A stretch of 63,904 nucleotides of DNA, filler included, from Octopus bimaculoides (lineage: Eukaryota), in assembly GCF_001194135.2 (NCBI RefSeq). It is 4 parts of 4 records of this genome, joined end to end, with 100 filler letters (N's around TTAATTAATTAA, not from the genome) between each part and the next. Parts side by side here need not be neighbours in the genome. Positions count along the whole stretch, not along the records: positions 44,560 to 62,183 come from NC_069003.1; 3 more parts are not named here. One strand, given 5' to 3'. The position numbers and the translations under genes are program-made. Below are positions 50,547 to 62,283 of the stretch, piece after piece. The notes under the pieces were generated by a model. The model was not told the DNA's origin, did not search any database, and saw nothing but the letters and a program-made list of their open reading frames with translations. How positions within the stretch are numbered: the stretch's first letter is position 1; every line of letters starts with the position of its first letter.

Positions 50547-50874
50547 TACACGCATATATGCACATACAAACGTACACATGCATATGTGCATATCAGTACT
50601 AGTACATGTACACACAAAAACACACCGGCACACGCATGTACGTACGCATGCTTATGCAAGTATGTATGTATAAATATGTCTGTGTGTATATTGGCGTGTA
50701 GGCGTATATGTGTAAAGATGTATGCGTATAAATACATATGTAGGTATTTAAATACACACTCACACACATATATATATACATATATATTTGTGTGTACATG
50801 TATCTATCTATGTATATGAATTATATACATATGTGTCCGTGTATATATATAATTATATATATATATATGGGAGA

Positions 50875-51040
50875 ATATACAAATAATAACAACAGACGAG
50901 GACAGGTGGTGTAAATAACAAAAGTATATATTAGTATGACGCTCGGGAATACGGAAAGTCTTTGACGTTTCGAGCTACGCTCTTCAACAGAAAGAATACG
51001 GAGACAAGGAGAAAAACACGGAGAAAAAAAATGGAATAGT
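50875..51040 (-). mobile_element. short pLTR-like element carrying a hammerhead motif, no ORF
   Basis: About 165-bp non-microsatellite island between (TA)n tracts, centred on the HHR at 50959-50995. Confidence 0.55.
50959..50995 (-). ncRNA. minimal type I hammerhead ribozyme motif (A6U core)
   Basis: TCTTT-CTGTTGA-A-GAGC(GTA)GCTC-GAA-ACGT-C-AAAGA; GUC cleavage triplet; loop-less palindromic stem III. Confidence 0.75.
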
Positions 51041-51289
51041 GTTCAGTCAACGATATATAAGTGCATATATTTTAAGTATGTATATGCACAAAACTCATGC
51101 CTCCATACGTGTGGTTCTCTATGGTTATGTTTGAAGGAAAATAGACTTATGAATAGATCAGCGGAGTCATCATGCCTGCAATATTTAGTTACGTAAGCGC
51201 GTACACAGAGGCACACTGACACACTCTCACGCGCATATATATATATATATGCATATATAAATANNNNNNNNNNCATAGGAGGGACAAAC

Positions 51290-51462
51290 AAAGGGATTAA
51301 GTCGATTACATCGACCCCAGTGCGTAACTGGTACTTATTTAATCGACCCTGAAAGGATGAAAGGCAAAGTCGACCTCTGCGGAATTTGAACTCAGAACGT
51401 CACGGCAGACGAAATACCGCTGAGCATTTCGCCCTTCATGCTAGCGATTCTGCCAGCTCACC
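51290..51462 (-). mobile_element. SINE family A, well preserved
   Basis: GTCGATTACATCGACCCCAGTGCGTAACTGGTACTTAT...GGAATTTGAACTCAGAACG...GATTCTGCCAGCTCACC. Confidence 0.92.
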
Positions 51463-51892
51463 ATTATATATAGTGTATGTATATATAAACCCTGTATATG
51501 CGCGATGACGTTGCTGTAATATCTATTATATGACTAAGTAGTTTATGAAACAGCTGTTAACGAATGGAATAAACACCTACACACTCACTTTTGTCAGCTA
51601 ATCATTTTGCATGTAATGTATTCATAGACAAGCACACACACCCATACACGAGCACACACGCACTCACACAACACACTCACACATGTATTTTTGTATACAT
51701 GTAGGAATGTATAGATTTATGCAGAGATGTACGTGTGTGTGCTTGTATCCATACGAGCAAATGCTACTATGGTCTTCCACATCTGACTTGTATATCTATA
51801 TTTATACACGTTGGGGTGGTATATTTGCATGCCTGTTCCTTGTTTTCTGTCTGTCTGTCTGTCGCCTCTCTCTCTCTCTCTGTGTGCTTGCG

Positions 51893-51927
<35 letters not shown>

Positions 51928-52198
51928 GCATTCGGGTGTATATATGTGTGAGTGTCCGTGTTTATGTATAAGTCTATGTTTACACCCAAGACGGAAGTTT
52001 TCTCATTTCAGCGATAGAATATAAATATTTACTTTAGCCTTGAGAATCCCCTTTTGTGCCATTTAGTTGTCCTTGAGTGACGCCGTTCACGGAACTAATA
52101 TCTGAAGCAGCGTGCATCTAATATTCGTTGCGAAGACAAGATGCTTGCTCTGTTACCGAAGTTGAAGATAGCAAATAGAAAATATGAGCGTGTGTATG

Positions 52199-52201
<3 letters not shown>

Positions 52202-52272
<71 letters not shown>
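52202..52272. repeat. (TA)n microsatellite
   Basis: About 35 perfect units. Confidence 0.95.
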
Positions 52273-52276
<4 letters not shown>

Positions 52277-52759
52277 CACACGTACACACACAGAGCAATA
52301 TAACTACACGTGTGCTCTTGACGACTTCTTTTCCTTCTTTGGACATTTCCCTTTCTCCTTTCCGGCGAAGAGCTTTGCACGAAAGTCAAACTCTCTCATT
52401 TCAATGAGCATCATTCTAATACATTTCGTCTGCCCGTCCCCACCCCTTTAAGTTAGCTTAAGGGAAACGTGTTTGAGTTTACACGTATAATCTTCTACCT
52501 TATTATTCCGACTACGGCCCAGTAATTCCAACTTGCCTCAGCATACATTTAGAAATCCTAGTTTTAATCGATTCATAAACATGTATATCAAGTGTGCATT
52601 TTGAAATAGAGAAATAAACTACGTTGTATCTAGAGAGAATCATTGCACGAGTTCTTTAATGAAGTGTCGGGTCGTTATTTTGATTTTCCCACAGCAGAAC
52701 CCAGTCTCCTCCAGCATCTTGCTAGCCTGGCTTTAGCTGATTCTGCTTCTTTTTGTTGC

Positions 52760-53200
52760 TCCCCAAGATTTCTCATTCAAATAATTTTGCAATAATTTAA
52801 ACAAGTGGAAATCGGATGAAGCAAGCGGCAGAGAGTATGGTGGGCTGCAGCATCTTTCCCCGCCCAACTGATTTCAGAAGATTTTTAGGGACTAGTGTAA
52901 CGAGAAGCCAAGCATTCTTTTGATGTAAGGGAAGCCGCCTTATGCTTTAATACTGTAGGTCATTCTTTATCCAAAAGCAGTCTTCGAACTGTGACGTTAT
53001 GGTCAGTCGACTTAAAACGTGATGGATTCTGATTACATTCAATATTTCTTTCCATATCGCACAAAAGATTCAATGGATGTTTTCTGTCGGTGAAAGCCAA
53101 CTGGTGGAAGCTGTTTAGGTTTTCCTTTCTGCTGCGCTTAATGTTGCAATAAAAATATACTCTCTCATTCCCATGCAACATCCGGTTTTAAAATGGTGCT
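52760..53200 (-). mobile_element. mariner transposase catalytic-domain relic
   Basis: RMLHGNERVYFYCNIKR (TGDEKW.YxN-like) and PPYSLPLASSDFHLFKLLQNYL (PPYSPDLAPSDFHLF-like). Confidence 0.75.
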
Positions 53201-53555
53201 TAGAAGTAGGCCTTGATGAAGACAAGCTGCCGGAAAAAAACATGAAGCAAACATTTTCCTCACTTTGAAACATTCCTTTGCATTTGAAATGACCATTATG
53301 CTTACAATGCTACCATTAAATCACGTAGAAATCTTTCTTTCTCTATCTCTCTCTAGCTATCTATCTATCTCATTTGTNNNNNNNNNNNNNNNNNNNNNNN
53401 NNNNNNNNNNNNNNNNNNNNNNNNNNNNNNNNNNNNNNNNNNNNNNNNNNNNNNNNNNNNNNNNNNNNNNNNNNNNNNNNNNNNNNNNNNNNNNNNNNNN
53501 NNNNNNNNNNNNNNNNNNNNNNNNNNNNNNNNNNNNNNNNNNNNNNNNNNNNNNN

Positions 53556-53598
<43 letters not shown>

Positions 53599-53669
53599 GT
53601 ATAAAGAGAGAGAGAGAGAGACAGAGAGACAATGCATCAATTAAACAGATAAAACATTGCTATTAATGT

Positions 53670-53709
<40 letters not shown>

Positions 53710-53834
53710 CACACACATATAAGATGTATATCACAGTGGCAACTCCGACACTCGGGCTGTTCGTTCGTTCTTAGCCCGAGTATAAATTTAGTAAAGTGCC
53801 CAGTGACATCTTTGTGTTTACTTCGTAAGCTGTG

Positions 53835-53881
<47 letters not shown>

Positions 53882-54194
53882 TATACACATGCATATATAT
53901 ACATACATGCCCATACATACATACATACATACATACATACATACATACATACACATGCATATATATATATACATACATGCCCATACGTTCATACATACAT
54001 ACATACATACCCATACAAATGTACGTATATACATACGTATATATACATACCCATACATATATATACATATATACACATACCACACACACATATACACATG
54101 TAAAATTGTAAAACGAGAAGGTAGACTTAACATTTTCAGATGATAAGCAATCCAGTATAAATATGCATCTTTATAGAGCAAATATACTCAGATT

Positions 54195-54780
54195 TCGTGG
54201 TTGTATAAAATGCTCCTGGACTAGTTCCGTAGCGCACCAACAGATGGTAGTACACGGTTGTATGTGCAGTGGGAGCTAGTAGTGACCTTCATGGGGCAGT
54301 GTGCCCAGTAACATCGTTGCGTTTACTTCGTAAGTTGTGAAATTTGTGTTTTTGTGATTACGTGGACGCTGTAGTCTGCGATTTTGTCATGGACAGGATG
54401 TAAGAACACAGAGCCACGTGAAATTTTGCGTGAAACTTGGGAAGTCTGCTACAAAGATATGGAGCATGCTTCGGCAAGCTTACGGCGACGAGGCAATGGG
54501 CCGTACGCAATTTTTGAGTGGCAAGGGAGCTTCAAAAGCAGAGCGTCCCTGGAAGACTTTCCCCGAGTGTCACCACCGGAAATATGGATTAAATTTAGGA
54601 GTTTGTGTCTGAAGATCGCTGGAGGGCAATCAACGACGTTGCTGATGTTGGTCTGTGGTATGGGTCTGCGTAGGCAAACCTAACATCTGAATTGAACATG
54701 CGGCATGACTCTGCCAAGTTTCTCCCTCGCCTGCTGACATCTGAGCAAAACGAACATCGCGTCGAAGCCAGAAATAACGA
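54195..54780 (+). mobile_element. mariner 5-prime half (irritans/Hsmar2-like)
   Basis: VKFCVKLGKSATKIWSMLRQAYGDEAMGRTQ.FEW; LNMRHDSAKFLPRLLTSEQNEHRVE; frameshifted and truncated. Confidence 0.85.
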
Positions 54781-55245
54781 AATATTTTGCACATAAAATT
54801 TTCGACGTCCATCTTGGAAACAGAAGAGAAAAATATCAGAAACAACAAAACATTGTTGCATAGTTTCAATAACTCTCCGGTTTCGGTCATTTGACTTTCA
54901 TGATGGTTGGTAACAGGTTAGAAAGGTTGTAGCTGAATAGATCAAGGCAAGTACAAGACTGATACTTGATTGATTGATATGAAACAAGATAAAAAAATAA
55001 AGTGAAACGAGCCGGAAACTGTATTCAGAACGTGAGAGACCGAACNNNNNNNNNNNNNNNNNNNNNNNNNNNNNNNGCATGTGTATATATGTATATCTAT
55101 CTATCTATATGCTCCTATACATATGTGTATTCATATGCAGATGAATGTATGTGTGTGTGTGCAAATACACACATACGGATAAATGCGGATTAATATATGT
55201 ATGCCACTATTTATGTAGGTATGTCTGTACGTGTACTTATATATG

Positions 55246-55294
<49 letters not shown>

Positions 55295-56415
55295 GTATCA
55301 TTATATACGGGTATGCGCGCCCGTGCGTGTGTGTATGTGCGCACATATGTAAATACATTTAAATTACATTGCTAATTAAAATGGAATGCGTGCACGAGTT
55401 TTCGGCACACATAGAGATAGAGATAAAGTGAAGTGGAAACATAGCGAAATGAACGAGAGAAGATAAGAAATAAAGGATGAAGAAATGAGGAAGAAAATAG
55501 GAAGAAGATAAGAAAAACCGGAGGTAGATAAGAAGGCGAAGAGGAAGAAATTTTGTCTGAAATTAAAATGGTGCCTTTCTTGAGGCAGTCTTGTTGATGA
55601 TGTGAAAATCCGTAATTATCTACGCGCTCGCCTTCACCTTATATTTCTTCTATTTTCTCCACTCTTATCTTATTTTCTCTTCTCTCTTTCTCTCTCTCTC
55701 TCCCTTTCTCTTTCTTCCTTTAGTTCTCTCTCTCTCTCAATTATTTCTCTCTTTTCTCTACTTAAATATCTTCAGCAAATGTACGGCAATAAAAGTTTCT
55801 CAAGTTTTTTAATTTCGTTGACGATTTCGATAAATGCATGCAAAAAGTGTACACTATCGTGGAAGCATATCATCTCTATCGTCTGGTGTCGTGTCATGTT
55901 GAATGAGAGAGAGAGAGAGAAGGGATGATTAGGATGATGAGAAGAGATGATGGTTCCGTGTACGCATAAAAAGAAGAGAATAAAGAATGGATGGTGGAGG
56001 TGTGGGGACGAGGGGTAAGTAGAAAGATGAGAGGAAGAGAAGCAGGGAAGAGAATAATAGAAACAAACGTAAATAAGAACGACAATCAAATAATAATAAT
56101 AACAATAGCAATAATGTTAGTAATAATAATGATAATAATAACAATAAATGATGATTATGATGAGGATTTTTTCCTGTAGTCTAATCTGTTGAAATAATAA
56201 TAACTATTATTATTATTATTTCAACTGCAATAACAACAAGAACTACAATAATGAGGGTAATAGTGATAATGGTTGTGATGATGATGATGATGATGAAGAG
56301 TATTGTCAACTGGATAAGAAATTTAAGAACTGGATAAGACGCTGCGTACAGGTGGGAGACACGCTTGCGATTCAAAGCAGTCTCCACCATTCCGTACTCT
56401 GCGCATTGTCTGCAT

Positions 56416-56452
<37 letters not shown>

Positions 56453-56759
56453 CACAATCGCACACAAAAGAACACGCACGCACACACACACTCATGTATA
56501 TGCGTATATACATGTATAGCTATATATATATATATATGCTTATATACATGTACGTAGGAATATATATATATACACACGCGCGCGCGCTATGTATATGATA
56601 AGAAGATGAGATGATAAAGGAAGAAACGATTATCTCATGAAATTCATTAGCTTACAGTGGTTTCTGCTATATAATTCAGTGGGCTCAGTTGAGTGCCTGA
56701 GTAACAACTTATAGCAGTCAATTCCCTGCCCTATATCTGTATATATATATATATGTTTA

Positions 56760-56802
<43 letters not shown>

Positions 56803-57799
56803 TTATATATATATACACACACGCACACAAACATATATATATATGGATTTAATTAAATAAGTAGAAAAGAAAATTATTCATTTTCAGTTTAGAAGATTAA
56901 AAAACAGTGCTTCCGGGTTGTTGGCGCATCCTAATCTGATCACATTTCCAAGAGGACTTGTGAAAGGTATGTGTGTGCGTGCGTGCGTGTGTTTTTATAT
57001 GTGTGTGTGTGTGTGTATTTGTGAATGAGTATATATTAGTGCATGTGTGTATATGAACGCGCGCCTATGTAAGTATGTATGTATATACACACACACACAT
57101 ATATATCCCATCACAGACACATATACACCCGCATGCATATATATCTATATGCATTAAATCATGCATTGAATATTGAACAATTGTTTTGGCATTATTGTTG
57201 GAATCGACTTTATTGAATTTCGGACCTTAATTCATAAATGTTTTCCAAGAACGTCAAACTAAAAGAAATTAAACACTGTAACACTATACATCGTGGAACT
57301 ATTCCTATAACAATGGCACCTTCTCGAGCCTAATATAACGAAACATTAAATATATGCTGTGTACTTTGGTAATTCTCTACGCCTGTAGAGTTCTTCGTCC
57401 TCTCTTCGCAATAAAACCCGGTGTGGTAGATCTTCTGGTACAAATTAAACTGCAATCATTGTCAACAGGTAAAATCAGTCGTCAATCTGTGATTGTCTTG
57501 GAATTTCCTAACTTAGGTTCTATGAGTGCTGGTTTTTATTTTGCTTTGGTCCCTGTTGATAGACGCTGTAACGTGGGTCCCTCTATGTTGCTGCACCTCG
57601 TGCTAGATATAACAGCTAAATCGCATTGAAATTACACGCTGATGTCTTGATGTGTGTCGAATGCACTGCATAAAGCGCAGATCTACAGGGAAGAATATTC
57701 CAGAGATACACGAAAGGGCTTTGGTTGAAAGACTTTTGAATATAGGTTTACTTAGTCAAGGCCGAACAGAGGATACAACAGACGATAACAACTACATCA

Positions 57800-58150
57800 A
57801 CAATATCGCCGCCGCCGCCGCCGATTTTCATCTGCCTTGGTGTTTATGGTTGGTTCAGAGACTATTTCACTTTGCTTATCAGTTATATTGACTCTTTCAA
57901 TCATTACTACATTTTCATCAGACCTGGGTTGGTCTATAATTATTCCTTCTGTAGTATCTTCTTTAGCTGCAGTTTCGTTCCCTTTATCCCTTACTGCTTG
58001 TCTAATTTGGTCAATCTCTAATTCAGTCAGTAATATTTTTTTTATAGTGTTTCCTCTGACGTTGGTAAGTTTGTTTCTGTCCATTTAGGATCTTACTTCA
58101 AGGTGCTTCTGTCGCCAGTTTAGGTAGGTGTGCTCAGTATTAGATTTATT
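57800..58150 (-). mobile_element. R4/Dong-clade non-LTR element, N-terminal fragment
   Basis: TYLNWRQKH.EVRS*MDRNKLTNVRGNTIKK..LTELEIDQIRQ resembles the N-terminal region of Dong/R4 ORFs. Confidence 0.55.
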
Positions 58151-58707
58151 GTTGTTGAGTATCATTCTTCTTATTGTTATTACATATGTCTGTATTCGTA
58201 ACGTAAGTGCCTTCTCCCGCACACATATATACACAGAGATAGATGGAGAGAGAGAGAGAGAGAGAGATAGAGAGAGAGAGAGATAGAGAGATAGAGAGAG
58301 CGGAGCAGTTGGCAGCCAGACTCTTTGTAATACAGATAAGAAATTCGAGCGTTCGAAGAACATTGTCTAAATTAATCTTCAGGAAATTTCCAAGAACAGT
58401 TCCACATGCGTAATATCGCTGGAGACTGAAATTACAACCAAAGAATAACAATAACCACTTCTTTCTTCACTTGGTATCAATTCCACAATTTGATATAATG
58501 TCACCTTCCTCATACGTCCACACCCCCGCCGATCGATTCTGCCTACATTATAAACGGCTCTTTTACTAACCCGGAAACTTGTATCATGTAGCGTCTTTCA
58601 TTCAAAAACATTCAATCCCATATGGCTTTTAACTACAATCTTCTATTTCACTAGCGCCCCCTAACCAATCTCCTCCAAACTCCACTTTTCTTATTTTGAT
58701 GCAATGA

Positions 58708-58922
58708 AAGGCAGCGAACTGGCCGAATGGTTAATACTCCAGGCAAAATGTTTGGCGGCATTTCGTCCGTCTTTACGTTGTGTGTTCAAATTCCACCGAG
58801 GTCGACTTTGCCTTTTATCCTTTAGGGCGCGATAAAATAAGTTCCAGTTGGGAACTGCTGTCAATAAAAACGATTTCCTCCTCCCCCAAATTTGCTGGCC
58901 TTGTGCCAAAAGTTGAAACCAA
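58708..58922 (+). mobile_element. SINE family A with 16-bp TSD
   Basis: GGCAGCGAACTGGCCGAATGG...GTTCAAATTCCACCGAGGTCGACTTTGCC...GCTGGCCTTGTGCC; TSD TATTTTGATGCAATGA (58692-58707 and 58923-58938). Confidence 0.9.
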
Positions 58923-59101
58923 TATTTTGATGCAATGATTTACAGATTTCCATAGAATTGCTTCATTACGTTTAATGATGGAGATTAATTTATGAATCCT
59001 CGATTTTGTCTCCTTATTTGGGTTGTTTCAAAGTGTAGAACTTCATCTTGTTTCATTATGTTAAAAATATCGACAGTTAAAGTTGTTAAAGTATTGCAGT
59101 A

Positions 59102-59313
59102 TTTCAAAGTTTGGCACGAGGCCAGCAATTTCAGGGGTGGGGGAGGCAAGTCGATTACATCAATCTCCACAGTTCAATTGGTACTTATTTTAGCGATCCT
59201 GAAAGGATAAAAGCCAAAGTCCAGCTCGGTGGAATTTGCAGTCAGAACGTAAAAATGGACGAAATGCTGCCAAGCATCTCACTTGGCTAACGATTCTGCT
59301 AACCCACCTCCTT
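59102..59313 (-). mobile_element. SINE family A
   Basis: GGCACGAGGCCAGCAATTT...GTCGATTACATC...GGTACTTATTTT...GGAATTTG...AACGATTCTGCTAA. Confidence 0.85.
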
Positions 59314-59349
59314 CAAACGTCCAATTATATTGTCATCAGGAATTCGTTG

Positions 59350-59422
59350 TTACTTTATTCCGTCGATCCCAGAAGGATTAAAAACAAAGTTGGCTTTGGC
59401 AGAATTTGAACTCAAAACGTAG
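59350..59422 (-). mobile_element. SINE family A fragment
   Basis: GTCGATCCCAGAAGGATTAAAAACAAAGTTGGC...GAATTTGAACTCAAAACGT. Confidence 0.65.
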
Positions 59423-59446
59423 TCAGCAGTGACAAATAACGATCCT

Positions 59447-59519
59447 ACATTTGATAATTTCTTATTTAGACATTTGATAATTTCTTATTTAGACATTTGA
59501 TAATTTCTTATTTAGACAT
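59447..59519. repeat. perfect 23-bp tandem triplication
   Basis: ACATTTGATAATTTCTTATTTAG x3 plus ACAT. Confidence 0.95.
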
Positions 59520-59751
59520 AACGCCCACAATTTTGAGAGAGTTAATCGATTAAATCCACTCCAGTACTTGACGTGAGTTTTATTTCACAGACCTGCATAT
59601 AGGTGAAAGGTATTATTGATCTTTGCAGTATTTGAATTCAGAACCTAAACACTCATATTGATTAGACCTAGTAACCTAATTTGTCCGAGGTTCTTAATAT
59701 TCTACCATTGAAAAATTTCAAATTAATACAACAAATCAATTTATAATATCA

Positions 59752-60090
59752 ATCTGGCGCATCGACCGCAAACCCGGGTATCGCCGACTGTAACACAGAG
59801 GAGAGACAGATCAAGAAGTACAGGGACCGAACCGACCGCCATCAGCTTATGTCGGTCGCTGTCGGGACCGCGGTTGTTCTCGGATCCCGTGCTGTCGATT
59901 TCTTTTGCCAAATCGGGATAATTGCAGCCCGTTTGAGAAATGAACCCCACCATGAAGGATGGCTGCTGCAGCAAGGGTCACTGGCCATTCTCCGTGGCAA
60001 CGCCTTTTCAATCTTGTCTGCGAGGCGCGCCTGACCCTGTTTACACACCACTCGCACCTTCGAATGCTTCATTCTTCTTCCCACATTTGT
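59752..60090 (+). mobile_element. CRE-clade (REL-endonuclease) retrotransposon 3-prime end
   Basis: PGIA...EERQIKKYRD...LMSVAVGT..VLGSRAVDFF.QIG...WLLQQGSLAILRGNAFSIL resembles the KxxKY...PVAVET.G...QRxSxAxQRGNAxxI terminus of CRE elements; locally GC-rich. Confidence 0.75.
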
Positions 60091-60171
60091 TTTCCTTGTT
60101 TCCTTGGTGAGGTAGTTTTGCGGTTTTATTCTCCATAATCTGATCGTTAACCCTTTTCATGTTTTTTTTCA

Positions 60172-60650
60172 TTCATGAAGAGATCAATTGGAGGAAGGGG
60201 ACTGATAAGTGTGGAAGACTGCTTGCGTATCGAACTCGAGAGTTTAAAGAGATATTTAACTCAAAGTAGGGAAACCTTGCTAGTGACGGTTAGGAACGAG
60301 GGAGTAGTGAGAGAAGAGAAAAAAAGGGAAAACAAAGGAAGGAGTACAAAGAGGAGATGGAGAATTATGTAAGAAGGGACTAAACAATCAATTCCATGTA
60401 GCCACAACAGAAGTTGCTGGAAAGAATAGGTGGGATTGGCTGATGAAAGGAACCCTAAAAGAGAGATGGAGAGCACTATATTGGCAGCGCAGGACCAAGC
60501 TCTGGTCACGAACTGGAGGGTCAACCTGAGGAATGAGCAAGTGTCTCCACTGTATCGTATCTGCAACGGAGTGGATGAAATCATTGACCATTTTACGAAC
60601 GAATGCCGTAGACTCACCCAAAACCAATACAAGCTGTGGCAGATCGATTC
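60172..60650 (+). mobile_element. R4/Dong-clade non-LTR element, C-terminal fragment
   Basis: MKRSIGGRGLISVEDC; LKREMESTILAAQDQALVTN; RICNGVDEIIDHFTNEC (decayed CCHC knuckle). Confidence 0.8.
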
Positions 60651-61229
60651 GACTTACCAGTGATCTTTGATTAATCAGCTCCGAAATGATAAAATGCAAA
60701 AGATCGCACATAGCCGCTATTTGAACCCAGAACACCTAAGGGAGGTAGCAAATACCTCAGGGTATTTTAATCCCACAGTGTGGTTTCCTATAATTATTAC
60801 CTAATTATACTAATCAACTACAAACCTGCCTCCCTATTTAGACATTGCATTATCAGTCCTCCTTTGTTTTTATCTCCTGCGGTCGACTCCTTCTTCTCTC
60901 ATTCTCGTAATCTTCGCCCTTCGCCGCGTTTCTTTGTTTTCTTATTGCGGCGATTCGCCTTCTTCCGATCCGTTCCCTTCCTCTGCCAAACCACATCTCA
61001 CATAAGTCCTAATCTGTTGATATATTTATGGGGAATTAAAATAACGATATGCCGCGAGGAACAGCCACAACAACAACGAATATTAGCAAGATAACTAGAT
61101 TCTATACTCCACGCACCTTCTTAACACACACACACACGTTTGTCTATATGTGTGTAAACGTATGTTTTATATATACTATATATGCATACGCGTGTGAGTG
61201 AATGTAAATATATTTTATATGTGTGTGTG

Positions 61230-61372
61230 TGTGGTTAGAAGATTGCTCCTTAACCATGTGGTTTAGGGCCACTACGCTACGTACCACCTTGGCCAACTGT
61301 CTTCTACTATAGCCTGGGGTCACCCCAAAGCTTGTGAGTGGATTTGGTCGACGGAAACTGAAAGACATATAC

Positions 61373-61409
<37 letters not shown>

Positions 61410-61618
61410 CTTTGTGTTTGTCCCCCACCACCGCTTGACAACCGGTGTTGGTTTGTTTAGGTCCACGCAAGTCAGCGGTTCGGCATTAGCGACCGATAGG
61501 ATAAGCACTAGACTTTACAAAATATACCATGAATTGGGGGCGAATTTTTCGAGACCAAACTCTTGAAGGTGGGGCCCCAGCATGGCCGCAATCCAAGGAC
61601 TGAAATAAGTAAAAGCTT
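61230..61618 (+). mobile_element. SINE family B, decayed
   Basis: CACCTTGGCCAACTGTCTTCTACTATAGCC...GTGAGTGGATTTGGTCGACGGAAACTGAAAG, (TG)n, CCAGCATGGCCGCA...GACTGAAATAAGTAAAAG. Confidence 0.85.
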
Positions 61619-62094
61619 AAAGATGTGTATACATACATACATATATTTATATATACATGTATATATTCACATATATGTATATATACATCTATTTATATAT
61701 ACACATCTTATCTTATATATATATATATATATATGTGTGTATGCATAAGGAATGCATGAATATATGCCTGCCTATGTGTACACAAAAATATACACATGTA
61801 TACGCATTGCAACTATACACGGTCCACCGTCACACAGTATACATAATTACATATGTTACACAAGAAACAGAATCCCTAATCCTGTTAATCCTTCTCACGT
61901 CTCAGCCCTTAATCCCAAACAAACTAAGCCATCGTGTCTGTTGCGAAAGATTAAAAAAAACATTAAATACACATCATATTATTGTGTGTATATATATGGG
62001 AGAAACTGCACGTGTACATGCGCACACGCACACATGTATATGGATATATGTGTTCGCATATACATAACATACATCATTATAAATTCATGTGCTC

Positions 62095-62095
<1 letters not shown>

Positions 62096-62183
<88 letters not shown>
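62096..62183. repeat. (TA)n microsatellite
   Basis: About 44 units ending at a gap. Confidence 0.95.
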
Positions 62184-62283
62184 NNNNNNNNNNNNNNNNN
62201 NNNNNNNNNNNNNNNNNNNNNNNNNNNTTAATTAATTAANNNNNNNNNNNNNNNNNNNNNNNNNNNNNNNNNNNNNNNNNNNN
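62184..62283. other. artificial scaffold gap with six-frame-stop linker
   Basis: 44 N + TTAATTAATTAA (62228-62239) + 44 N. Confidence 0.95.

Noticed and set aside
57340-57790. Protocadherin-like or other exon reading (LYQKIYHTGFYCEE; VPEDLPHRVLLRREDEELY)
   Set aside because: Only faint resemblance in alternating frames, with no intact DxNDN/LDRE/DxD motifs and weak splice signals.
60860-61070. CpG-richer stretch as a promoter
   Set aside because: It is short, no gene is identified nearby and no core-promoter motif can be supported.
35547-61300. tRNA-like sequences (35547, 39609, 49670, 30773 and others) as tRNA genes
   Set aside because: They have A/B boxes but no complete cloverleaf, and continue into repeat bodies; they are SINE-type heads.
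604-62239. Most long ORFs in the six-frame track
   Set aside because: They are built from microsatellites (HTHT, CVCV, YIYI, LSLS, RERE) or run through N-gaps, and have no protein-family motifs.
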